A stretch of DNA of 52,111 bases, taken from an uncultured Gammaproteobacteria bacterium. Lineage in GTDB: Bacteria; Patescibacteriota; Microgenomatia; UBA12405; UBA6130. Made by a program: the position numbers and the translations under genes. Location: contig CAZIOQ010000021.1 in NCBI GenBank assembly GCA_964540975.1, forward strand, positions 1 through 52,111. Direction: 5' to 3'. The notes under the pieces were generated by a model, which was given only the letters and a program-made list of their open reading frames with translations, was not told the origin of the DNA and did not search any database. Shown piece by piece: positions 34,992-42,606 of this stretch; within the stretch, counting starts at the first letter, position 1, and each line of letters starts with the position of its first letter.

Positions 34992-35438
34992 CTAAAATTT
35001 AGCCGTCGAATAAGTAATAGTTAAAAGTTGTTTAGTTTCATTATTCTGCTCATCATAAGCAGCAATTTCAATTTCATTAACTCCGCCAGTTAATTCTAAC
35101 CCTGTTTCAAAATTGCCATTTTCGTCTGCTTGAAGAATAAGTTCGTCCTCTTCGCCAATCAAGATTACTGTTGCTTTTGGGGCCGTTGCCCCTTTTATTG
35201 TTACTGGTGATTTGTTAACCAGACTTTCATTTTCTGGTTCTAAAATAATTAATTTTAATTTTTCTTCAGGCTGAGGGGTGGGAGTTGGTTCAGCGAGGGG
35301 AGTAGTTAAAGATTCTGTTTTCTGGCCCGAGGTTAAAAAAGCCATTTTTGTTTTGAGATTTTGGTAACGACTGACTCCAGCAATTGTCAATCCTAAAATA
35401 GTACCAATAAAAATTGCTAGAAAAACCTCTTTTCTCAT
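34992..35438 (-). CDS. Secreted/anchored protein with an Ig-like domain
   Basis: The ATG at 35438 gives MRKEVFLAIFIGTILGLTIAG (a TM segment), followed by a Pro/Thr linker and an Ig-like segment: VTIKGATAPKATVILIGEEDELILQADENGNFETGLELTGGVNEIEI. Confidence 0.5.
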   Translation of the reverse strand: MRKEVFLAIFIGTILGLTIAGVSRYQNLKTKMAFLTSGQKTESLTTPLAEPTPTPQPEEKLKLIILEPENESLVNKSPVTIKGATAPKATVILIGEEDELILQADENGNFETGLELTGGVNEIEIAAYDEQNNETKQLLTITYSTAKF

Positions 35439-35627
35439 TACTGATAATATAATTTGGTAGAAGGAAAAAGTCAATAACAGAAATTTGGAACACCTCTAAG
35501 GTGTTTTTCCCTTAACACCTTGGGTATTTTTGTCGTCCCAGATAGCGGCTTCTTAAAAAACAGGCGATGATCTGTTGGCTAAGACATAATTTGGATATTG
35601 AAATTCATTTATGTTATATTTGGGAAA

Positions 35628-36245
35628 ATGGAAATAAAATATTTAGGTTGGCAATCATTTAAAATTAGGGGAAAAGAGGCGATTGTTTTAACTCAGCCAT
35701 TTGAGAAGAATAAAACGGGCATTCTTTTTCCAAAAACCAAGGCGGAAATAATCTTAAGCAAAAATCAGTTAAGTCAGGAGGTAAAAACAAGAATTTCTTC
35801 TAGGAAAAGAAAAACTGGCCCAGTATTTTTTTCCGGTCCCGGAGAATATGAAGCCGAGAGAGTGGAGATTATTGGCAGTGGGCAAAGTTTTTGGTTTAGA
35901 TTAGAGAACAGAGGAATTTGTTGGCTAAATGAGAAAAATATAGCGGATCTGAAATCAATTCCTGCTTCTCAGACAGATATTCTATTGATTGGTTTGGAAA
36001 AAACAAGATCTGGTTGGAGCAATAATGTCAAACAGCTGATAGATTATTTTTCTCCCTTTTTTATAATTCCTTTTCCCAATTTTTCTTTATCTGAAAAAGA
36101 ATTGCTTGTTGGTCATTGGTCAAAAGATTTTTTAGATTTAGTTGATGAAGAAAGTTTAAAGCCTGCTGATAGTCTTAAGATCCCAGAAAACGAAATTTTA
36201 GAAGAAGAAAAAGAGGTAGTAATTTTAAAGCCGTTAGCAAAATAA
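35628..36245 (+). CDS. Hypothetical protein (weak resemblance to the N-terminus of MBL-fold / UPF0173 hydrolases, without the His motif)
   Basis: MEIKYLGWQSFKIRGKEAIVLTQPF resembles the first strand pattern of the MBL fold, but no HxHxDH motif was seen. Confidence 0.4.
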   Translation: MEIKYLGWQSFKIRGKEAIVLTQPFEKNKTGILFPKTKAEIILSKNQLSQEVKTRISSRKRKTGPVFFSGPGEYEAERVEIIGSGQSFWFRLENRGICWLNEKNIADLKSIPASQTDILLIGLEKTRSGWSNNVKQLIDYFSPFFIIPFPNFSLSEKELLVGHWSKDFLDLVDEESLKPADSLKIPENEILEEEKEVVILKPLAK

Positions 36246-36261
36246 TTAACAGAATAAGAAA

Positions 36262-37599
36262 ATGACTATGGGGAATCAACAAACTAAAGCTTCTAATGTA
36301 ATGAAAATTCCGCCCCATTCCGAGGAAGCAGAGACTTCTGTTTTAGGAGCGCTGTTAATAGATAAAGATGCCATTTATACAGTGGCGGAATTGTTGTTGC
36401 CTGATCATTTTTATAATCCAGCTCATAGCCAAATTTTTTCTGCCATTTTAAATCTTTATGAAGAGAGGATACCAATTGATATCGTTACTGTTTCTGAACG
36501 GCTGAAAAAAAATAAGGCTTTAAGAAAAGTGGGTGGAATGACTTACTTAACCCAGTTGGCTAATCAAGTACCAACTGCTTCCCACTGTGAATACTATGCC
36601 CAAATTGTGAGAGATTTGGCAAGCAAAAGAGAGCTAATTACCGCAGCCGCGAGAATCAACGAATTAGCTTTTGAAGAATCTTTAAGTGCGGATGATGTTT
36701 TAGATAAAGCCGAACAATCTATTTTTTCTTTATCGCAAAGATACCTTAAGGGAGTGCCTCTGCCCCTTAAAGACATTTTAGCCGAGAGTTTTGACAGATT
36801 AGATGAACTCCAGAAAAGAGGAGACGAATTAAGAGGCTTACCTACTGGTTTTACTGACCTTGATAATATTTTAGCCGGTCTTCAGGATAGCAACTTGATT
36901 ATTTTAGCTGCCAGACCTGGGATAGGCAAGAGCGCTTTTGCTCTTAATGTTGCTCGTTGGGTGGCGGTTGAAAAAAAACAGCCGGTTTGTTTTTTTTCTT
37001 TAGAAATGAGTAAGGAAGAATTGGTTGATAGATTATTGATTCGTCAAGCAGATATTGATGCTTGGAAAATGAAAATTGGTAAACTCGTTGATGAAGATTT
37101 TTCTAAGCTTTCTGATGCAATGGGAATCCTTGCTGAAGCACCATTATATCTTGATGACACCCCAGCGCTTTCAGTTTTAGAAATGAGGACTAAAGCAAGA
37201 AGATTGCAGGTTGAGGCCGGATTAAGACTAATCATTGTTGACTATCTCCAATTGATTCAAGGAAGAAGATTAGAGAATCGGGTTCAAGAAGTGGCAGAAA
37301 TTTCTCAAGGATTGAAAAATTTGGCCAAAGAATTAAAAGTGCCGGTTTTAGCCATTTCTCAACTCTCAAGAGCAGTTGAAGCAAGGGGAACCTCAAGACC
37401 AAGATTGGCTGATTTAAGAGAAAGCGGCTCGATCGAGCAAGACGCCGATGTGGTAATATTTTTATATCGGGAGGACGAAGATAATAATGAGATTGTTTGT
37501 TGCGAGGTGGCTAAGCATCGTAATGGTCCACCAGGAATTTTAAATCTGTATTTTAACCCCAAAAGAATTAGTTTTTACGGAATAGAGAAGAAAAGATAA
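36262..37599 (+). CDS. dnaB: Replicative DNA helicase DnaB
   Basis: PPHSEEAETSVLGALL, Walker A ARPGIGKSAFALN, IVDYLQLI, SQLSRAVE, and ESGSIEQDADVV. Confidence 0.93.
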   Translation: MTMGNQQTKASNVMKIPPHSEEAETSVLGALLIDKDAIYTVAELLLPDHFYNPAHSQIFSAILNLYEERIPIDIVTVSERLKKNKALRKVGGMTYLTQLANQVPTASHCEYYAQIVRDLASKRELITAAARINELAFEESLSADDVLDKAEQSIFSLSQRYLKGVPLPLKDILAESFDRLDELQKRGDELRGLPTGFTDLDNILAGLQDSNLIILAARPGIGKSAFALNVARWVAVEKKQPVCFFSLEMSKEELVDRLLIRQADIDAWKMKIGKLVDEDFSKLSDAMGILAEAPLYLDDTPALSVLEMRTKARRLQVEAGLRLIIVDYLQLIQGRRLENRVQEVAEISQGLKNLAKELKVPVLAISQLSRAVEARGTSRPRLADLRESGSIEQDADVVIFLYREDEDNNEIVCCEVAKHRNGPPGILNLYFNPKRISFYGIEKKR

Positions 37600-37608
37600 A
37601 AGTTTCTG

Positions 37609-37696
37609 TGCCGTGGGTCGGAGTCGAACCGACACCCCCGTTTTAGTGGGGACTGGTTTTTGAGACCAGCCTGTCTACCAATTCCAGCACCACGGC
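37609..37696 (-). tRNA. tRNA-Leu (anticodon CAA), class II with a long variable arm
   Basis: The minus strand folds by hand as follows. Acceptor GCCGTGG/CCACGGC. D-arm CTGGAATTGGTAGACAG. Anticodon stem CTGGT/ACCAG with loop CTCAAAA. Variable stem CCCC/GGGG. T-arm GTCGG-TTCGACT-CCGAC. Discriminator A. No encoded CCA. Confidence 0.9.
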
Positions 37697-37800
37697 TAAT
37701 TTTTTAAGTTTAGCGAATTCTTTTAGCAAAATCAATTGCTTGTTTCCAACTTTCCGCATCCACAGTTCCAAATCTTCTCAGCTAATGTTAAAATTGAAAA

Positions 37801-38517
37801 ATGAAACCAAATTTTCTTTTCAACTGGTGGCAAAAACAAATTTTTTTCTCTTTAGCTGGTTTAAAAATTACCCCTCTGGCTTTTTTGGCGGTTTTTGCTT
37901 TATTTTTTTGGCTTTTTGCCTCCTGGCGCCACTTAAAGCAAGATTATGAAGAAGAAAGAATAATTTCTTTTAGCTTAATCTCGGTATTAGTTTTTTTATT
38001 TTTTTCAAGACTTGGTTTTATTATCTTAAATTTTTCCTCTTTCCAACTAGATTTGAAAAAATGGCTTGATTGGCAGAGTTTTTTTGGTTTTAATCTTTGG
38101 TTTGGGTTTTTAAGTTTTCTGTTCTTCGCTTATTTTTTTTCCCAAAAACACAATTGGTTTTTCTTCGATACTTTAGAAAAATTGACTTTTACTTTAGTCC
38201 AAGTCTTTTTTTTGCTCTTTTTAGGCACTTTTTTTTCTTATCCTAATTTTTTTTCTTTTTTAATGATTTTAATTATCAGTTTAGTTTGGCTGATGGCTAA
38301 TTATTTTAAGAATTATCGCTCATTTCTTTGGTATCCTTCCGGGAAAGTTGGCTTTTTGTTTTTAGCTACCTTTGGTTTTGCTTCTTTATTCTATACCTTG
38401 ACAAAGAATTTTATTTTTGGATTAGATATGATAGAGTTGACAATAGGGTTATTGACAACCGGTTTCTGTCTATTTAAAATTTACTTGTTATCAGGGAGAA
38501 AGAGGAGTAAACTTTAG
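37801..38517 (+). CDS. Polytopic Phe-rich integral membrane protein
   Basis: Multiple hydrophobic segments. No Lgt or other signature recognised. Confidence 0.55.
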   Translation: MKPNFLFNWWQKQIFFSLAGLKITPLAFLAVFALFFWLFASWRHLKQDYEEERIISFSLISVLVFLFFSRLGFIILNFSSFQLDLKKWLDWQSFFGFNLWFGFLSFLFFAYFFSQKHNWFFFDTLEKLTFTLVQVFFLLFLGTFFSYPNFFSFLMILIISLVWLMANYFKNYRSFLWYPSGKVGFLFLATFGFASLFYTLTKNFIFGLDMIELTIGLLTTGFCLFKIYLLSGRKRSKL

Positions 38518-38534
38518 CCATTTTCATTAATGAT

Positions 38535-38945
38535 ATGGAAGAAAAAAAATCTCAAGACAAAAAGAGCGAGTTAAGGTTTCCAGCTGAAGTTTTAAGGCCA
38601 GTTAGAGAGTTTCTTCAACTGGAGTTAAAAAAACTAATTTCTAAAAAAAAGCAGGTAGAAGCAGAGGATCCTTTTGCTGACCCGGATCGAATTAGTGACA
38701 ATGCGGCTGAGGATACCGATGCTGCTGAACAGTTTGGTCATGCAAGATCAGAGGCGATAAAAGCCCATATTAATAGGAGAATTATCGAGATTAGAAAAGC
38801 GTTGGCGCGAGTAAAAATAGGCAAGTATGGAATTTGTACCAGTTGTGGTCACCTGATTGACACGAAAAGGCTAATGGCTTTTCCGGAAACCACTTTATGT
38901 ATTGATTGTCAAAGAAAAAAAACAGAAGAAAAAACTTCTTATTAA
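38535..38945 (+). CDS. DksA/TraR-family C4 zinc-finger protein
   Basis: Coiled-coil N-terminal region plus CTSCGHLIDTKRLMAFPETTLCIDCQ. Confidence 0.8.
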   Translation: MEEKKSQDKKSELRFPAEVLRPVREFLQLELKKLISKKKQVEAEDPFADPDRISDNAAEDTDAAEQFGHARSEAIKAHINRRIIEIRKALARVKIGKYGICTSCGHLIDTKRLMAFPETTLCIDCQRKKTEEKTSY

Positions 38946-38998
38946 AGATTTTTCCTTCTTTGATTCGTCTTTTGCTTGATATTATACTAGATTGAAAA

Positions 38999-39982
38999 AT
39001 GGTAGTAAAACGAACTAGAAAGGCTCAAAATAGTTGGCTAATTTCAAAACACTTCAAGAAAGGATTAATTTTGAGTGTTCTTTTATTATTTTTTCTTGGT
39101 GGGGTAAAAAAATTCATTATTCAATGGCAAAAAGGGTGGAATATAAGTTCGCAAATTAATTTAATTTTAATCACCCAGAAAGAGTCATATCTAGTTAATA
39201 TCTCGCCAGCTGAAAATCAGAGCAGAATATGGATTTTCCCTGAAAATTGGCAATTAGAAGTATTTGGTGGTTACGGGAAATTTTGGGCTAAAGGAGTAGC
39301 TAAGTTTGCCCAGGATGAACAAAATTCCAATTTATTGACCAATACTTTGGCTGTGGAATTAGGATTACCAATTGATTATTGGCTTTTTGTTAATGACAAA
39401 AGTTGCCAAGATCAAAACAAACTTAAGAATTGTCTTATTGCTCTTAGTTGGTATCAGGGATTTTTAAAGAAGGCTAAGGTTTATAAAGGCGAGCGCCTGG
39501 ATTTCTTAAAAATTATTTTTTTCTTAAAGAAAAATAATTTTAACTGGCAAATTCATAATGCCCTTCAAGAAGGGTTTTTTGAAGAGGTAAAGACTTTGGA
39601 TGGTTTTAATGCTTTGGTTTTGAAAAAGGATAGTTGGGATAAACTTTCATTAAGTTTTTTTGTCGATCCTTTAATTAGGAATGAAGCCATCCCTATTGGG
39701 GTTTACAATTTTTCTAATTCTCCTGGATTAGCGAGTATTTTTAGCCGAATTCTGGTTAATTCCGGCGCTTTAGTTGTTTCTGTCTCCAATAAAGAAGAAG
39801 AGGGCCCAGAAACTTGTTTAATCAAGATTAAAAATCCTAATCTAATTAAAAGCAGGATTATAAAAAGAATGACTCATAATTTTGACTGTCCAATTAGGGT
39901 AGGGGAGGCGAAAGAATTTTCTGATTTTACGGACATCAATCTCTACTTAAACGATGGCTTGTTTAATTTGACCAAAAACTAG
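38999..39982 (+). CDS. Membrane-anchored envelope protein with a LytR_C-like C-terminal domain (possibly LCP-related)
   Basis: N-terminal TM segment. The C-terminal IPIGVYNFSNSPGLASIFSRILVNSGALVVSVSN resembles the LytR_C pattern. The LCP core is not clearly recognisable. Confidence 0.45.
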   Translation: MVVKRTRKAQNSWLISKHFKKGLILSVLLLFFLGGVKKFIIQWQKGWNISSQINLILITQKESYLVNISPAENQSRIWIFPENWQLEVFGGYGKFWAKGVAKFAQDEQNSNLLTNTLAVELGLPIDYWLFVNDKSCQDQNKLKNCLIALSWYQGFLKKAKVYKGERLDFLKIIFFLKKNNFNWQIHNALQEGFFEEVKTLDGFNALVLKKDSWDKLSLSFFVDPLIRNEAIPIGVYNFSNSPGLASIFSRILVNSGALVVSVSNKEEEGPETCLIKIKNPNLIKSRIIKRMTHNFDCPIRVGEAKEFSDFTDINLYLNDGLFNLTKN

Positions 39983-40014
39983 CAAAAACAGGTTTATGAG
40001 AGTAAAATAAGGGC

Positions 40015-40728
40015 ATGTCAGGACATTCAAAATGGGCTAATATTAAACGACGCAAAGAAAGCCAGGACAAGAAAAGAGGTCAACTCTTTAGTAAATTTGC
40101 AAAAGCAATTGCCGTTGCCGTGAAAACAGGAGGCTCGGCCAATCCTGAAGCAAATGCTCATTTAAGGATGATCATTGAGCAGGCAAGGGCAATCAATATG
40201 CCAAAGGAAAATATTCAGCGGGCTTTAAAGGCAGGCGAACGGAAGGATGTTGTGCTGGAAAGTTTTATTTTGGAAGGCTACGGCCCTTTTGGGGTCGCTG
40301 TCTTGATTCAAGTGGCGACTGATAATCGGCAAAGAAGTATTCAGGAAATTAAAAATATTTTTCAACATAATGATGGCAGTTTAGTCGAGCCAGGTTCCGT
40401 TGCTTTTCAATTTGAAAGGCAAGGAATGGTTGTAACCAAGAAAATAGAGGAGGATAAAATTCTTAAGCTTATGGATTGGGGAATTAATGATTTTGAGGAG
40501 AAAGAAGGACAGTCAATTTTTTATTTTGCTCCGGAGAAGATTGAAGAATTCAAAAGATTTGCTCAGGAGAAACAGATAGAAATCATTTTTGTCAAATTAA
40601 TAATGAGGCCCAAAACTCCTCTTTGCCTTAGGGAAAAACAGCAGATAGAAAGGATTAAAAACTTTCTTCGGGAACTAGAGTCTCAGGAAGATGTCCAAGA
40701 GGTTTTTACTAACGTTAGTTTGGGCTAA
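40015..40728 (+). CDS. yebC: YebC/PmpR-family transcriptional regulator
   Basis: MSGHSKWANIKRRKESQDKKRG and INMPKENIQRALK. Confidence 0.92.
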   Translation: MSGHSKWANIKRRKESQDKKRGQLFSKFAKAIAVAVKTGGSANPEANAHLRMIIEQARAINMPKENIQRALKAGERKDVVLESFILEGYGPFGVAVLIQVATDNRQRSIQEIKNIFQHNDGSLVEPGSVAFQFERQGMVVTKKIEEDKILKLMDWGINDFEEKEGQSIFYFAPEKIEEFKRFAQEKQIEIIFVKLIMRPKTPLCLREKQQIERIKNFLRELESQEDVQEVFTNVSLG

Positions 40729-40747
40729 AGCCAAAATTTTTACCTAA

Positions 40748-41530
40748 ATGAGTAAGCAAAAAAAATTTATCTTATCCTCTTTTCTTTTAACAATAGTCTT
40801 TATTCTAGCCCAAATTAGCAAGTCTTTTTTATCTCCTTTTTTTATTTCGTTTTTTTTGATTTTTCTTGCTAGTTTAATTTTGTTTTTTGTTTTTTATTCT
40901 TTAGTTTCTTCGGTGAAAAGGCTAATCCTTTTGATCACCCTGCCTCTGGGACTTCTTCTGGCAGTAAATTTTTTTTATAATTTATGGCCTTCGGCTTTAG
41001 TTTGGCGAGCAATTTTAATTTTATTTCTTTTTGATGGGATATACGCTTCAGTTTTAGTCACCAATATTTTTTTGGTTTCTTTAGAATTCAAAAAAGTGCC
41101 CCTTTATCGAGCTGCCTTTACGATTGGATTCATTTTAATCCTTTTGGAGTTATTTCTTTTTTATAATTTTATCTTTTCTTTCAAATTTTACCCTTGGACT
41201 AATGCCTTCTTGATTTTTCTGGTTTCTTGGCCTTTATTATTCCATTTCTTTTGGTCTGCTGCTATTTCTGAAAAGGAGGCTGATAACCAGCAGCTAATAA
41301 TGTTTAGTTCAGTAGGCAGTTGGTTTTTAAGTCAGCTTGGTTTGGCGATTTCTTTTTGGCCGGTGAATGTTGGTTTGGCTTCTTTGTATCTGGTTAGTTT
41401 TGCCTATGTTTTGGGAGGAATGATTCAAGCAGCAATAAAAGGCAAGCTTTTTCAACGGACATTTTGGGAATATTTTTGGGTAGGAGTAGGTTCTTTGGTT
41501 GCTCTTTTTCTCCTGACAACCATTTTTTAA
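40748..41530 (+). CDS. Polytopic integral membrane protein, unknown function
   Basis: 6-8 hydrophobic segments and Phe/Leu-rich composition. No recognised motif. Confidence 0.55.
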   Translation: MSKQKKFILSSFLLTIVFILAQISKSFLSPFFISFFLIFLASLILFFVFYSLVSSVKRLILLITLPLGLLLAVNFFYNLWPSALVWRAILILFLFDGIYASVLVTNIFLVSLEFKKVPLYRAAFTIGFILILLELFLFYNFIFSFKFYPWTNAFLIFLVSWPLLFHFFWSAAISEKEADNQQLIMFSSVGSWFLSQLGLAISFWPVNVGLASLYLVSFAYVLGGMIQAAIKGKLFQRTFWEYFWVGVGSLVALFLLTTIF

Positions 41531-42496
41531 TTTAATAATTTTTTTAAGTTATTAATTTAAAATAATTTTTTTGGAATTAAAGATGGTTGGTCCGAGAAGC
41601 TTTAAAGATCAGGATGGGTGAGAGGGGATAGGGGAATAAGATTAAGCCTATAGTGTTAAGCTTATATCCTATAATGTAAATAAAGTTTCACGAAAACTAT
41701 AGGCCACTTTTCACGAAAACTGATATTTAGCGATTGGCATCTTTAATCGCTAATGATCCCTCAAGTTTATGTTTTTCCCTAAAAATAGGCATAATCTTAA
41801 TTAATATTTTTGATATAGTTTGACTATGTCGTCTCCTTGCCGATCCTCTGGAAAATTGTTTTTGTGGAAAACCTTTTTTATTTATATGGAGATGGGGTGT
41901 TTTTAAGAAGAGATGGTTAGAATCAATATTGCTTATAAAAACTTCGCTTTTTAGGAACGGAAAGGCTTCATTTTTGTCTCTTAGAATGCTCCACCCTTCC
42001 AGAGGACAAGATAAGACAGACGAGAAGGGGGAGAGGGTTTTTCAGAGAGTCGCATAATGTTCCTTTTACGACGTCAAGTTGGCGATCAAAAAAGAGGAGT
42101 AGTTTTTTCAAGTTTAAAATAATTTTTAAATAAATTTTTGAATAAAAATTATTTTTAATATTTGAGTTAATTTTATTTCCTTTTTAGCTAAAACCTTATA
42201 TTCTTATGTTTCTTATATTTTGAAATTTAAAGATTAATTATCAAGATTGTTTTTGGTTCTACTCCCCTTTCTGAGTTTTTGCTAGAAGAAGAGCAAAAGG
42301 TTTATTGATATCGACCTCACCAAAGGCCGCTTAAGACGTTTTTAGACCTAAGGCTTATATTATAAAAATGTTTTTTGATGTTATTTTTTCGAGGAAAAAG
42401 CAGATTTTTGTCTATCCTTAATTCCTTGTTGTTGATCTTTGCTTTATTTTGCATTTCTCAATTTCTCATTTTACTCATTACTTAATTTTTTATAAA

Positions 42497-42526
42497 CTGG
42501 CAAATTATTTTTGAATTATTTGGCAG
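42497..42526. other. Candidate dif-like core site (11-8-11 imperfect palindrome)
   Basis: CTGGCAAATTA-TTTTTGAA-TTATTTGGCAG. The arms match 9/11 as inverted repeats. The site lies 81 nt upstream of the xer-type recombinase gene. Assignment is by architecture only. Confidence 0.25.
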
Positions 42527-42565
42527 GGTTTAAAGTTCTAATCTAATAAAAAATTAAACTGAGGC

Positions 42566-42594
42566 TTGACAAAAGAAAAATTAACAATTAAACT
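42566..42594 (+). promoter_or_regulatory. Candidate promoter of the recombinase gene (TTGACA-17-TAAACT)
   Basis: Consensus -35 at 42566-42571, a 17-nt spacer, and -10 TAAACT at 42589-42594. The ATG is 12 nt further on with no Shine-Dalgarno sequence, so the leader is very short. Confidence 0.45.
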
Positions 42595-42606
42595 CTTAAA
42601 AGCTTA

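Noticed and set aside
37740-37949. A 69-aa ORF overlapping the start of the 37801-38517 membrane protein gene.
   Set aside because: It is out of frame with, and largely inside, a longer ORF that has coherent TM architecture. It begins right at the tRNA-Leu flank and has no ribosome binding site.
41581-42075. RNase P RNA, tmRNA or SRP RNA hidden in the large non-coding region. GGGTGAGAGGGG and CTCCACCC...GAGGACAAG...AGGGGG vaguely recall RNase P conserved regions.
   Set aside because: The P4 helix signatures (GGAAAGUCC... / ACAGAA..CGGCUUA) are absent on both strands. The order of the look-alike motifs does not fit. No tRNA-like 3' end (GGTTCGA.TCC...CCA) for tmRNA was found, and no SRP domain IV motif. 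Only a covariance-model search can settle this, so I make no call.
42085-42245. A replication origin (an AT-rich DUE-like stretch flanked by repeats).
   Set aside because: No cluster of DnaA boxes was found; there is only a single TGTGGAAAA at ~41864. There is no dnaA or dnaN nearby. The local gene orientation is convergent (terminus-like) rather than divergent.
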